From contig DF237285.1 of assembly GCA_000708835.1 (NCBI GenBank), forward strand, positions 37,252 through 101,251: a DNA stretch of 64,000 nt, given 5' to 3'. Under the pieces are notes generated by a model that was given only the letters and a program-made list of their open reading frames with translations, searched no databases and was not told where the DNA came from. A program made the position numbers and the translations under genes. Origin of the DNA: Klebsormidium nitens. Taxonomy: Eukaryota; Plantae; Klebsormidiophyceae. Of this stretch, positions 1 to 13,751 are shown one piece after another; within the stretch, counting starts at the first letter, position 1, and each line of letters begins with the position of its first letter.

Positions 1-837
1 AAGGAGGATCCCTGTTCTTAGGAATAATTTCCACAATGTTTTTGACTTTGCCATAACGAGAGAACGCAGGACTTGCATGTCTTTGAGCAGAACACATCTT
101 CCTTAATGCAGCGAACAAATTTTGCAGTTCAACTGGCGTTAGACCCAGGATTATTGAGAACGACACCGCTTGGCAACGTCGTTTGAGGACCCGCCCTGAT
201 CATTGCTCCCGGTTATATAATCCAGCTGGCCGGAACAAGGGCCAAAATACAACCAAAAGACCAAGACGTGGTCGCTCGGAAGAGTCTGTCCGCTCAGAGA
301 GTCAAGCAGGACAAAGGTACGTGAAAATTCTGAGTATCGAGCACTGTTGGCAGTTGGTTCAGTAAGGTTCTTTGCTGATCTTGGTAATAAAGGTTACGGT
401 CAGCAGTGCCAGTGTGAGTGTTTCGAGGTTGATTGACTCGTATAATAATTGCATGTTTTATATCTGTCAACAGAGTCAGTACGACGTTTTTGATATACTC
501 ACTATGCTCCTGCTTTGCGTTTATATGGACCATCCACACACCTTTTTCGTAAAGTCTCGTGCCCCTGGCATCCCAGCCATTTGTAAGCAATCAGGAGCCG
601 GCGGATGCGGTGAAAAATAAATCGTGGCACGCATGCAAGGGTATTGGTCCTTTTTGATAGAATTTGCTCATCAAATTAACCAGATGTGGCTCAAAACAGT
701 TTGTTGACGATTTGATCAGCTCGTTCCTGCGCGTCTTGGCCAAGTTCGACTCGTCGGTTTCACAAAAAGGAGCACAGGCAAGCATATTTCTTGAATGCAT
801 GGGCATCTTGTTTGACTCTGCCTCCATTTATCTGCAG

Positions 838-1178
838 CCGTGCCAAACAACCGCACCGCCGTCCTGCAGCTTCTCCAGGTCATCAATGTGAAGCTTGACA
901 ACCAGGCACCCAAGCGGCATAACAGCTACGCCCGCGATCTTCCGCAGGCCCTGCGTCCTATCGCCGTCACCGCGACTGGCGGTGCGCATCCTGTGGGGAG
1001 TGTTCCGCAGCTTCAAGATGCAGGCGGCATATTCCCAGGCACGGTTCAGCAGCTGTTAACCCTGAGCCCGGCTCAGCTTGATGAGTTGCGAGCGTTTTAC
1101 AACGATGACTTCGGGAACCAAGTAGGTGACGGGGTTGAGATACAGCGCCACAAATTCGCTATGTACATCGGATGGTAG
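838..1178 (+). CDS. Terminal exon of a Mug135-like C-terminal-domain protein (upstream exons not resolved)
   Basis: ORF 840-1178 follows a tctgcag acceptor. It reads ...RHNS...LRPI...FPGTVQQLLTLSPAQLDELRAFYNDDF...QRHKFAMYIGW, resembling from memory the Mug135-like C-terminal pattern (N-x-P-x-FP-x-T-x-L-x-L-x-FY...R-x-F-x-IG). No search was run. Confidence 0.5.
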
Positions 1179-1743
1179 GTTCAACCGTCCTTGCTGGGTT
1201 TTTTGGGAGGCCCTGTCAGGCGTTGCCTCGGATAGCATATGCACATGGACTGCAATCTCCCCGCGACTTCAGCTTTCGTCCGGAGCTTAAGTCGGGTATG
1301 TAGAAAAGACATTGTCAACGGTCATGCCGCTTTTTGGAACTGAAGTAACACGTGATGACAATCAATGCTGCTGAACCCAATCCTTGCTCGTATCAGCAGG
1401 AAGATCACTGGTTGTGTAATCAAGCACGCGGGCTTGGAGACCTTACAGGCTCGCGCACCATTGGATTGTGTACATCTTATGATCATTGCCAAGGAGTCGC
1501 TTGCACTATGCTGCGTGCTGCATTGGATATAGACGTGGACCTGAGCTGCGCAAGGTGTCGCTTGAGCATATCCTTTCCTCAGAAGGGACTTGGATGGCAG
1601 AGGTGCATATGATCCTCTTTCTCAGATTGGCATCATGCGAGCCATATACAATATGGAAATACGTTCCGTCGGACATGACCGTGCGTCACACTGGTCGTAT
1701 ATAGAATAGGAACGTGTGTAACAAGTTTCTCGTTGGCCGGGGC

Positions 1744-4700
1744 TCAAAGACTGCCATCTTTTAGAATATCCTGGAACCACTCTTTATTTCGACAGCTAGC
1801 TAGGTCGTCGTCCGCCGCAAGTTCGTCGGCTCGAAGGCGCCTCAATCCCTGGAGCTTGGTCAGCGCGCCGCGAACTTCATCCTCGTGGCCAGCCAGCGCG
1901 GCTGTAGCACAAAGGGGGAGAAAGGAATGACTGAGTCTGTGAATGCGCCGTACATGGTAGACTAGAAGAACATAAGCAGACTGGCCGTCAAAGAGCCCAC
2001 AATACGGTGCTCCACTTCAACCGGAAGCTCTCGACATAGCAAGTAAAAGGTCACGTTGAGCTGCGCAAAGAGGACGGGAGATACCTACTGAATCCGGGTG
2101 AAAAATCCTTTTTTGTTGTCGATCGGCCGGTCGGCTCGGAAAGAGCGGTGATCCAGCGGACGACCAAGCTAGTCAACGCCTCCGTCCTCAGAAGAATAAG
2201 TCGACCACGCACCCCGCCAATGAACCTTCATGCCATCTTACCCGGAATAACTCAAAGGCGGCCCCGAAAGAATGATACTCCTCACGAACAAATCATGACG
2301 TAAGGAAAGAATAACCCACCTGCGCACGCGTAGTTGTACATCGCATCGCACCACTCCGCAAACCCGAGCCCCGCCGGCTGCCCCCCGAGGGCCTCCCGGT
2401 ATGCGGCAGTGCTCCGTTCGAAGTTTTCGTGGCTGGCTTGCGCGTCCCCGTCCTTGTGCTTCAGCTTGCCGGCGAGAAGGAACACGTCGGCCACTCCCAA
2501 TTTCGCGTCGACGTTGTTGCGGTCGATCCGGAGCGCGGCGCCGTACCCCTCGTCAACGGCGCAGGTGAGCAGCGAGTAAGCTTCTGCCACGTGGCCGCCT
2601 GAGCAGGTAAAAAGAAAGTCTGTCCAATAGCCTCGGGCAGAGACACATGGTTGGTGTACCTTCGACGCCGGAGATTTGAGTATCCAAGTCTGTCGCTAGA
2701 AAGGTAGCCGCGATCATCTCGTCTGCTGCAAGCGAGAGCTTCGTCCTTCGTTTGTAACATTTCCGTAACACTGTGGCGCGTAACACAGGCAGGCACACGA
2801 GCAGGGCTTGGAAGAAAGCATTGCGAATGATGCCAAAACCAGCGTATCTGGCCTCTCTGCCTGTTCGGATAGTGCAGCTATCTCAATCTGAAACCTCGAG
2901 AAGGATTAGACACAACTATCAGGCGCTTACGGCTCCTCGTTTGCTCGTGGAATTCCTACCTGTTGATTTCTGGAACTAAAGAGTTCCATCGTGGACTGCA
3001 TTGCTGAGAAAAAGCTCACTCCGTCTTCAGCGAACCAGTTCGTCTTACCAGCGTGTGCCCTCTCTCCATGCCCGCTCAAAGTGTCGCCCAGGGTGACACG
3101 TGGCGCCACGTCCGTCCGGCTGAAGTCAGCACCGTGACGCAGTTTCTCCTCGGCCTGAGCGAAGAGCGCCAAAGCCGCCGTGGTCTCAGGACAGCGCTGC
3201 ACGAGAGTACGTCCCGCTTTTCAGAAAGATAATACTTACAACGAATTTTGTGTCATAACGTGTTTTCGTATCAGGGAACTCGCTGATCTACTCTGGCTGG
3301 CAATGCACGTTCTAGATTCTCTTTTGAGCAGATTTGAGGATCTCCCACGTCATCGGGCTGGTGAACTGCCACGGCAGGACTCTCGGGGATACCAACCGTT
3401 CGAAGCGGGCTATGTGGGCCGGAAAGATTATCGCCTATTTGCCTCGAGCTTTCCGAACGTCAGTCTGATAAAATACTTTCACGATGCACGCGTCCAGAGG
3501 CCTCAACGCAAAGTCCCCTCCTCGTTGCTTCAATTATCACAGTCCGTCAGTTCCAAGGTAGGTTCGCGCCCAATAGTAAACTCTCGTTCCTCACTTGAGC
3601 AGCCGAGAAGAGCCCCGCCCCCCAATTCAGCAGCAACCCCGCCAAGTCGTCCCCCAGCCTGACGTCAGCAACCGAGCAACCGGCGGCATATGCCTGCATC
3701 GCCCGCTCGAACAGCGGCCCCGCTTGGTCCCACTCTGCAGGACGCGAGGAGTGTGGAAAGGGCCCGCAGAGCATCTCAGCATGGCGGACTAGGCAGTCCC
3801 CGAAGTTGGTCAGGGTCTCGATGTCGTCCTTTTGGAGTTCTAGGGCGGCAGAGTACCTGCGAGGGGCGTTCTCTGGTGTCTGTCTGGATTCGTCTGTAAG
3901 ACAGGCAATCTACGCTGGAGGTTTCTTTTGGGTAGTTTGCAAGGGTCCAGGTTCGCCTGTGGATTGTGTATCGACTGGTAGACGTGAGGTACTTTGGAAG
4001 AGAGTTTTGATCAAAATTGGGAGAGCAAGCGACTGTCATAACCGCTGAGGGCCCGAGGAAAGGCTGCCAAAAAGTGCCTGTTCCGGAGTCCCTTGGACAC
4101 AATCTACGGTCAAAGACAAACTTGAACATCACCTTTCTCCAAGAATGCCTTCAGGAAGCCCCATTACTAAAGCCTGCCGTTTTGTGGGCAACAATAACAA
4201 TAATCTCTGACTTAGACAAAAGTGGCTGTTTAGACACGCAAAATATGTGAGGCGCGTTGTAACACGGCTTTCGTCGCTTGAAACTTGCAAGCTTCCACGT
4301 CATTCCCTTGATGGTCGACTGTAGCAATTGTGAGCATCGAAATCGCTTGAAAAGCAACTTCCCGGAGTATCGAGTCGAGGAGCAATTTCCGTTACTATCA
4401 TCCTTTACTTGTTAAAACACTGCTTCTCACCTCCCTTCAGCTCGCTCTAACAGCGTGCTGGCTCTTTGCGCCCCTCCCCCATTCTCCTTTGGAATTTCTG
4501 CAAGGGCGTCCGCCCATTCAGCAAGTGCATTCCCGCTGTTGACAGTTGCCTCCAGCCAGGCAGAGGCGCGCTCTGAGGTGTTTGCAGAGGCCTGGGCATC
4601 TGGGGCTGTGCCGGCTTCTGAAATGATGGCTTCATAAGCAGAGTTGCTCTGCAGACAGAAAAGTCTTTACGCTCAGGAGGGAACTTGGAAGCTTGCAGGG

Positions 4701-5609
4701 GAAACTACCCGGTCTTCAAACGCAATCAGGAGATCACGGTCTGCTTTGTCCGGATTGTTGCCATGTTCCAAACTCCAGATTGCAGGACCACACTGAAAAG
4801 CAACGAAAGCTGTCAATGCAAGCTGATCATGTGAGCACTTGGCATCAACCAGATTAGAGGAGCTGCTCACTTCATTACAAAGACTGGCCACCGCCATGTG
4901 GACTGCAGTACCCCGTTCTTCGCTGCCAGAGTCGAAACTTGCTGGCCCGCTTCTCAAGTGGGCCAAGAGGGATGCGGACCACTCCAAATAAGCCTCACCC
5001 TGCAAATCATGACACTTGAATGACCGAGATGCATTTGTGTAACTTACTGGAAGGATGACTCTGTGCATATATCGTTCGCAAGAAAGGTGTGCAGTGGTAT
5101 TCACCATGTCAAAGAGCCGGCATGCTCCTCATAGCATTGTCTCCACAAAAAGAAGAATTTGACTTTTGTTTTGTCAAAAACTCTTTAGGTAGGCCCAACA
5201 GAACCAACGATATACATAGTTGAACCTCATGAGATATTTGGCTTCTCCAAATATCTCATGAGGCTTCAAGTTGAGCACAGATCTTGAAAAAGGCCTTTCA
5301 CAAAGGTTGTCAAGAACAGCTTCCAAACTTTTTCAAATCCCTTACCAAGTCATTCAAAGCATCAAGCCTTTGCGAAACCGTAACATCCAATTGTAGGGAT
5401 GCCCTGTACTTGTCAGCGCTCTGTTCAAATAGCGCTGCTGCCTCTCGCCCTGCCGTCTTCCTCTCAGCAGCTTGCTTCAAGCGGGACGCCTCTGCATACA
5501 ATTCTAGAAAGAAGAGAATCTGCCACGGTCTTCCCAACAACCGTAACACCAAGCTCTGAGGTGGTACGCTTCCTCCAGCCAACAGACTGGAGGCCGAATG
5601 TGGCATCAA
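1744..5609 (-). CDS. Multi-exon tetratricopeptide-repeat (TPR)-like protein; 5' end unresolved
   Basis: Spliceable minus-strand exons: ~5500-5360 (ELYAEASRLKQ...LFEQSADKYRASLQLD), ~5000-4880 (GEAYLEWSASLL), ~4640-4430 (LEATVNSGNALAEWADAL), ~3858-3594 (YSAALELQKDDIETLTNFGDCL...GDDLAGLLLNWGAGL), ~3200-3050, ~2590-2320 (YREAL...WCDAMYNYACA) and a last exon ending DILKDGSL* (TGA at 1744-1746). The motifs are repeated TPR-like helical pairs. Confidence 0.75.
5225..5263. repeat. Perfect 17-bp inverted repeat (hairpin) in a TPR-gene intron
   Basis: cctcatgagatatttgg (5225-5241), loop cttct, ccaaatatctcatgagg (5247-5263). Confidence 0.9.
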
Positions 5610-6425
5610 CTAAGAAGATATATGATGCGGCAAAGCTTGAATCAGAGGAAGCCGGTTCAAAACAAATACTCCATGTAGAGGCAATCAAGAGCAGCAAGCA
5701 TGCACATCTCACACCGCAATTTGGTGCCACTTCCATCCACCCACCGGCCAGCATTAACTGCACTGGCGTCAGCACGTCCTTCGCTTTCTCTCCTTTCTTC
5801 CCATCCTTCCATCTGGAATTGCGTGCATTGCGTGACATTGGAGCAGTGGCAAGCCCGGCGCATTGAGCATGCCAGAAGAGCCCGCAATATTTGACCACTA
5901 AGTATAGCAGTGCACCAGCTAGAAAGGTAGGTATGCAACTTGCAAGAAGCTTTCAAAAAAAGCCAGCGACCTTCTCAGCTGTTGCAAATTCAATTCGCCC
6001 ATTGGCATCAGCATGAAGCCAGCATGAAGCTGATGTTTCCGGGTTCCCTCTCCTCTATGCCGTCGATTATAGAGGCTGTGAAAGTCGTCGACGGCCAGAG
6101 CTAAACACAGTCAGTTGGACGGGCGCCTTCCGATGCAAGATACCTTTATCGGATGGTCATGCTGCAAGATTCCAATCCTCTTGCTGTTGGCCAGGACTAG
6201 CGCTCTGCTCGTCACTGATCTGTGGCGTTGCAGAAGCTTCGTTGCTGGGGACGCCTCTACTTGCCTCTACTGTCGACTTCCAAGGGAGCTCACTTCAGCA
6301 AATAGTACAGCTGCCCTCTTTTTCCGGGAGGAAAAGAAAGCAGAAAGGTGCTGAAAAGCAGCAGGTGCAGCTCGTGAATAAGTGCGCAGGGCCACCACAA
6401 AGGAGTTGCTGATCAGAGTGACAAA

Positions 6426-9400
6426 ATGGTGCAGATCTGTGAATTGTATCCCCAATTGGCATTAAAGCGTCTGTATTCGTCTTCGTTGTTTCTTTGAGCT
6501 GTATGCAGTCTTCCTGCCCAATTTGCTCTACAATCTTTAGGTTTAAGCAATGCAGTAGTAATCCCAGCTTCCTGTTTTCTGCTTGTGTCTGCAGCTGATC
6601 GATGGCCCTTGGCAAGCAGTTTCTTCGAAGTCAAGCCAAGATGCAGCTCATTGTGCCTTGTTTTTGGCTGAAAGATTTCATCTTCATGGTCAAAACCTAG
6701 AAGCGTCTAATCCCCTTGAACAATACAGACCAGGTACACTTTTGTTGCTTTCCCTTGACCTGCTCCACTGACAGCCGTATTTCGATGCCCTACACGCTGG
6801 AGGAATACCAAGCCGCTCAGAGTTTTATGGTGATGAAGATGCAGCAGGAGAGCTCAACTTCGGAGGAGGGAGTGGAAGTTCTTGAAAACCGGCCGTTTGA
6901 AAATGAGGAGCTTGGGAAGGGGCAGTACACCCGAAAAGTGAGACTCTTGCAATGATGTTCCAGTATAGGGGCTGTGTTCCAAAGGCCAGTCACAGGTCTG
7001 CATCAAGCACCAGAGGTGCTCAGTGTACATTCGACTTCTTTGTGCTAGCGCCCTCAACCCATTTTCAAGATTTAGGGTTTTTTTGAAGATTGTTTTGTGC
7101 TTTCCTGGCAGATCTACCACTTTGCAAGCAAAGTCCCTGTGTGGCTGGCGGCGGTTGCACCGGCAGCTGTGCTCCAGATGGAGGAGGAGGCATGGAATGC
7201 ATACCCCCGATGCAGGACAATAATCAAGGTGCGCTGGATGGGGAAAACTTCAAGTTCTAACAGGAGGGGTACTGAGCTGGCTTTTGGTAATGTTGTCTAG
7301 AGTCAAGTAGTAGCTTTCAAACAAAGGTATACCTTTTCAGTGTGACAGGCTGCTTGCACGACTCCTTGTGGTGTTCTTAAAGTCAAGCGGGGCACAACCA
7401 CTGTTCACTGAAGCAAATTAGATTCTGAAGTGGGTAGAATGTTGATTATCTGTAATCTGAGCCACTGGCTGACCCGTTCAGCTGAGATTGAGAACCTCGC
7501 TCCAAGGCCTGAGCTTGATGCAGGAATGTCGCTGTTCTTCTGGTTGTCGACATGTAGAAGGTTGTAGAAGATGATTGGTCATCTACTCCTCCATGACACT
7601 ATCATCATATACTCCTTAAAACTCACTTTATAGTACAGAAAATTGCGGAGATAGCTTCATGATCACCCTCTTCGTCTCTGCTTGTCATTGTGCAGTGCCC
7701 TTACTTCACTTCCTTTAGCATCACCATCGAATCCAACCACGCGCCTGACCAAGGAACATCAGAAAACGTGAGCGTCTGCGTCACAGCTTGTGGTTCAAGT
7801 TCCTGAAGTACTGAAGGACTGCTTTTCAATCAATCGTAGCTTGTATTTGGATCAGCTGCTAAGGTCAGGGAAGTTCGTGAAGTCTTGGAGATGCTAAAAG
7901 ACTTCCAAGCAGTGAAGTCGATCAGAGTTTTTCAAAGTCAATACCAACACAGTCGCATGAAGGAGACGATATGTCGCCTTCAAGGCGACAAGCACTTGAC
8001 CATTCCGGGTGCCGTCAAGCGTGCGTTTATCAGTATTGCTTGTCTTTTTCTGTGCAGTTGCTCGACTTGAACGACCAGGACCTTAGCTTGCGGGTCATTG
8101 ACCACGTAGATATTGCTGCCCCTGCTCCTGCGGCCGATGCATGGTACGTGGAAGTGGGAAAGGACGAGCCATCCGAGTTTGTCTCGAAGAAAACCGGCAG
8201 GGGACCTCTTAATGAAGGTTGGCAGGTAAGAATCGCAACTCCACCCCAGATAGTACTTCGTGGTCCTTTTGTCATGAACTTCAGGGTCGGGAGGGAGTAT
8301 ATTGTCGAGTTGCAGGAGCGTCCTTGAAGTAGGTCAATTAGATTGTCGTATCGAGTCTTTCAACTCTTTTTGTGCATCTGCAGATGTTCAATTTCGATCA
8401 CAAAAACTTCAGGCTTGTGTTCGATTCGGGCGGAGCTTGAAGCGGTTCTGAATGCCTCCAAAATTGGCGTTATTTCTGCTGGTTGCATCAAGAAGCTGGA
8501 GACCAGCATCCTGGCCCTCGTTCTGAGACACCGTTACTGTTCGCAGAGAACCAGCGACCCCATCATGACAGCCTATAAACTTGTGAGAGTTGACGCCCCT
8601 ATATGGGCCATCGGATGGAAATTAGAGCAGGCGGTGATCCAGGTGAGACGTTCCATTGCGATCTTCGCCCTTCGACAATCGCTCTTTGCTAGCCCTCGCA
8701 AATTCCTTACGACATACGTAAAGGTTTATCTTTCAGGGAACGACCTTCCTTCAGCGTAGCGAATGCATGCAGACTGGGTCTTCGCATTGCATAGTGTTCG
8801 AAGTCACTGGACAGATGGCGACCGCAATTCAAGCAGAAAGAAGCATGTATTTCTCTTACACGATGATCTGCCCTTGTGGACGACGTACTGTGAACTGCGT
8901 GAGGCTGAGAATGGTCGATTGGTGGCGGTCGACTCGGCAATTGCATCAAAGAAAGAGGCTGGCTTTGCTTCAGAGGCAGAAAATCATCATTCATCGTTCG
9001 TACCGATCGTTCAAAACAACCACCACGCGAAGAGATCTTCATGTGAGGTTCCCAAAACGATCATCTAGTTGATCAAATTTGGACAAGGGTCTTCGCATTG
9101 GCCGGAAAAGCAGTTTTAAAGATGCTTCTGTCAACAACAAGCTCTTACCTTTTCCTTATCGCCTTTTCCCCGGTCTCTTCATTTTCTGCAGGCAGAGCGG
9201 GCCCTGTTTCTGGCGAGCCATAAACGGTCCTTCTGCTGGATGGACGACTGGCATGGGCTCACCATGGAGCAGCTGCGCAAGATGGAAAAGAAGAACGATC
9301 AAGAGCTCAACAAAGTGAGAGCCTTTCCGCAAGATCCAGTTGGTGACAAGATCCTGTTCGTGTCTTTGGATGGTAATCCGTTAGCTTCATTTGGCCCTCT

Positions 9401-9746
9401 TCCAATGTGCTTCCTCCGCTCGGAAGGAACTGTGTATGATTGCAAACGTTTTGCCAGCTTCCAACGGGCGTGGATACTTATTACGCTGGTGCTTCTCGTA
9501 ATTGCTGCTCTATTTCGATTTCGGGACTGCATCGGTCTGACGTTCATTTTCTTTCCTAACGATCTGTCTGATCGTATTGTGCAGAAACGGGGCATCGTGG
9601 ACAGCTCGCAAGACGCTGCGACCAAGTCGACGATGATAGAAGCCGCGAGCTTAGCCGGAAGCAAGATCGATCAGGAGACTGGGTTAGCAGCTGTTGACGG
9701 CAACGATCGGAGTCAAGGAGCCCAACGTGTTGCGGTCCCTGCATGA
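6426..9746 (+). CDS. PITP: Phosphatidylinositol transfer protein (IP_trans/PITP family), about 8 exons
   Basis: Spliced product: MVQICEF|RISMPYTLEEYQAAQ...EGVEVLENRPF...GKGQYTRK|IYHFASKVPVWL...EEAWNAYPRCRTIIK|CPYFTSFSITIES...|LLDL...DHVDIA...SKKTGRGPL..GWQ|...MTAYKLV...LEQ|...HKRSFCWMDDWHGLTMEQLRKME|...*. These are hallmark PITP motifs, and the junctions are GT-AG. Confidence 0.93.
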
Positions 9747-10990
9747 CCAGTCAACAAATCTGTCGCGCCCATACTGCTTGGAATGGACTCGAGCTAGGCA
9801 CACAGATTGCGCAGCTATGATTGTCGACCGTGTACACATACTCTCTTTTATGCAGCCAGTTGCCTCCTGCCCGCGTTTGGAATCCATTGAGCTTGTTTAT
9901 GACCAGAGCATTTGTGATGCAGGCGATGTGAACCAAGTCATCGCCTCTATCATGCATGTGTGCCGGGCATGGTCGCGTTGATCTTAAGAAAGAGTAAACT
10001 GCATCGAGCTGTATAGGTCCAGCGCGGCTGCCTATGTCTATGTATGCAATCTTCGACTGCATGGCACTATGCAGAAGGTGCATAACAAATGTAAGCAGGT
10101 TAGGAATTGTGGGATTCGACTGATGTATTCCATGATTGGGCCGAAGCATTGAATTCTTTGAACTGCTTTGCGGAGAGCATGCATATACATTGAATGGCGG
10201 CCACGGAAGCTTTTTCTGGCATGATCTAAAGTACTTTCAAGGCATCATTAATGCGGTTGAGCCCACACTATGGTTCGATGATTATGCAACCTCTGCCTAT
10301 CTGCACCCAGCCAGCTATAGCAGCGCTGCGACTCGAAAGGCTTCAAGGCACCTGAAGCTGATGCCATGAAGACTCGACAAACGAGATTGTCAGGCCACAT
10401 CCGGCCGAACGCGCATGCAGAATAAACCAACCACAGACGCCATTTGATTGAAGGGCCCAGAACCAAAGCTGACCGTTACCGTCGAGCGACGCGGTGGCAA
10501 ATTTGACTACGATCTTGGTACGGCCATGTGCAGCAAGCTTCTTTGTTCGCATGGGCTTGCAGGATAGCAGCGCTGCAAGTGCCTGGTTAGGGCCCCGTTT
10601 CAAGTTGGTCTGGAATAACTTTGCCGAGCTTGACTCAAGTCTAAAACAGGAACCGACTCCGCGACGGACTGAGTAAGATATCTTTTCTTAAACAGTCGGG
10701 TTGTTGCGTGTAAGATTCACAACAGCTGCCGCCAATATCTGCTGGCGGCCCCACATTCTCGTTCTCATTCTTATCTTCGTTCTCATCCTTTGATGATAAG
10801 CTGCATCAACATCTCGGCCGCGTTTACTTTACTCTCCTAGGGAGTAGAGACCCTCGGCGGGCTGAGAGCTGGGCTGAGATACTGTTCCGTTCGCCCTATC
10901 ATCTCTGGGAAGTGGAGCGCCAGGGGCAATCGAGGGCTTTACGTTGAAGGCAGTGTGCGCAACGGTCGCACCTTTGATTCTGAATCTGAA

Positions 10991-12983
10991 ATGGAGCAAC
11001 CGCACCAAGGCAGACCAAGTTTGGAGGATGATGATGAGTGCCACGAGACGAATTTCGGTTTCGCAATCAACAAGAAGGAGTTTAGCGACCGCTTGCTGGA
11101 CCTCATTGCAACTTCAGGTGATTGATTTATCCTTAAGAAAACATTCCAGAAGGTCAACGAGAACTGCTCGAATGCATGAGATTATACTGAAGGCAGATTG
11201 AAACAATGCTCTCTCTTCTAGATTCGGGAGGCGCAATTGCTGTGCTTGTTCTATTGCATCATTGAAATTGATCATAATACATCTAAAATATTCAAACGTG
11301 AATATTTGTTCGATCAGACGCACCTCACAGCAACTTCCTTTGTCAAGTTGTCTGTCCGACAGCAAGGATCAGCCAAAAGATGCTCTGCTGCCATCATACT
11401 TACTTTCTCGCTGTTTTCATTGGTCAGCGAACGGTGATGAAGAGCATCTGAAGCTTCACGTGAACAGCGCCATCCTATCTGCCAAGAGCTCCTACTTCAG
11501 AGCTTTATTTGCGAGCACAACATCCGTCAACGTGGAAATTCGGGTTTCTCAAGAAGGTCGGTCATAGTCCCTTCTTTTGGATATGCGAGCATTAGCAGTA
11601 AGCAAATCCAAGGCCAAATATGTGTGGTGCTCTCTTCAATGCCGACCAGTGTGGGGTTCAATGTTGCTAAACCCTCAAAAGAAAGATAGAAGTTGCCTCT
11701 CTGCTTGGGGTCACCAGTATTTGCGGGTTTACAAGAGAGGTAGCTTTGAAGCAAGAGATGTGGCTTTGACGTCAAAAGTCCGTGTCAAGCATAGTTGCAG
11801 GCTAACTACTGGTCACTACGCATATATATGCCCGAGATTTTCGGCTTCTGAATCCCCTCTTGTCATTTCTGCAGACGAGGAGGCAGTAAGAGAGATGCTC
11901 TGGTTCTGCTACGATGAGAAACTTTGCCAGTGCATCATCAAAGGTCCCAAGGGTGTGGACTTTCTTCTCAAGGTGCTTCGAATTGGTCATCAGTTTCAGT
12001 GCAAGCAGGTGATGAGAAAAGGCCTTTCCGAGCTGCGAGGACTTCCGAAAACCTGCACCCTTGCTGACACAGTCTTGGCAAGTCTTAAGGAGACTCCGAA
12101 CAAAAATCTTCTTGAGTTTAAAGAAGTTCAAGAGCTCTTGAGGTACGTCCTTGACATCCTCTACTGGGAGTATGGAGACGCTTCGTCCTGGGGTTTGCCA
12201 GAGTTCAAGTCCCTCAGGCTCAGTTCTGTGAAAGCTCTTCTCGAGTCTGAACACTTACTAGCGAGTTCAGAAGAAGAGATCCTCGACGGGGTTCTAGCTT
12301 GGGTCAGGTCAGCTTACCGCACCGTGACTGACCGTAGGATTGCCATGCTCCAAGTAGCTGAGCACGTGCGCTTTGCAGTCATGAGTGGGGAATATCTTCA
12401 GACAATCCTGTCAGTGTCGGAGATGAAGCTGTGCCAGAAGGCCATCATGTCAGCAGTCTGGTACAGAGCCTTTTCAGAAACGAGGCGACTGGAAATGCAG
12501 AAAAAACCAGCTTCTGACCTGCAATACGGTGAAAGAAGCGGCGTTCTTCGAGGGCCCCGACATATTTTGCGGTCTTTTCAAAAGGAAGCAATGAAGGATC
12601 TTGTCCCTTTCGCTCGGCCTCTCATGACCGAGTGCGTCCAGATCAAGGAACACATCTTCATGATGTGCCCGCAAAGGTGCACAACAGAGGCAAATCCGGA
12701 CGGGTGTGCCGCAATACTGGTCAACTACTCTCGAATCTCTGAGGACGCGCCTCAACTGGAGATGCTGCTCATCACGCTTTATGCGAAAGCCTGGCCGGAG
12801 GGCGAGTGGCAAAAGCTTGGCACGTTGTCTCACGACGTCAAGGACCCGTCGGCAAGGAGAGTCTGCGTAGGCCGCTGCGACGTAAGCAAAGAAGCATGGA
12901 GCACCTTCATCAAATCGACCAAGTGGTTCGACAAAGACGGACAGCTTCATGTGCGTATCAGAATTCTGCCTTTCTTTAAGTAG
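10991..12983 (+). CDS. BTB/POZ + BACK domain protein (plant LRB/POB1-like group)
   Basis: Exon 1 MEQP...NFGFAINKKEFSDRLL; exon 2 ...LHVNSAILSAKSSYFRALF; long exon 3 from ~11879 with EEAVREMLWFCY, LKVLRIGHQF, LSSVKALLESEHLLASSEEEILDGVLAWV, HVRFAVM (BACK domain); stop at 12983. Confidence 0.85.
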
Positions 12984-13751
12984 CCTTCCTGTTGTTCGTG
13001 AACCTCTCCTCTAAGTCGATCAGGCATGATCAGACAGCCTGAACTTCGTGCCTGGACGAAGTTAAGAACCTTCAAGAAACTCGGCAACTATAGCTCTTTG
13101 GAAAAGCTAGACCAACTTAGAAAAAGAGAACTGATCTGCAGATTTTGATTAAGGAATTTGGGAGAGTAGTCGAGAACGAAGACATTACTAGTCGCAGGCA
13201 AAACTAGCGGCTTGGTCTGACATGCTCTTCACGCAGCAGGAGGTCCGCGTATATATTCACCAATGTCGATCCATTCTCCTACAGACCACATGCCAGCAGG
13301 CTTGCATTTTTCACCGAATTGCAGCACAGCGCTCGATCCTGATGGTCCTGATTCCTATATGCAATGCAGACTCTGCAATCAACGTCCGTTCGATTTTACT
13401 GGTACTCTCTTATATATAGCTTTAAGAACTTACCCCGCTAAGCATGAAAGGCATGACCATGTTTCTGTCTCTACAGAGCTCAAGTTGTGAGAGGAGTCTA
13501 TTTATAGGGGCATGTGCATTCCAGGTGCACTGAGCTCAAACTCACCAAGGCACGTGCACGAAAGCAGACCAGGCATGCATAAAGTACAGAGGGGCTCTCA
13601 AGTTTCTACCCTCATGCTGGATGTGAGAAAGTCTTCGCAAGAAAGGGGCTTGGACCAAGTTCGCGACAAGGTTCAGCTGATCAGTGCTGTTCATGTACTG
13701 CAAAAAAGTGTCCATAATGTATCGAAGGCTCCATCTATCTACAAGGAAACA

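Noticed and set aside
7971-7989. 9-bp inverted repeat tgtcgcctt-c-aaggcgaca in a PITP intron
   Set aside because: Short enough to be expected by chance in 64 kb.
9751-10830. Short ORFs between PITP and the BTB gene (10136-10369 +, 10343-10603 -)
   Set aside because: No recognisable motif and no consistent splice chain.
11577-11878. N-terminal ~100 aa of the 468-aa ORF
   Set aside because: This is intron read-through; the BTB homology continues from exon 11262-11564 via the gt donor to the ttctgcag acceptor near 11878.
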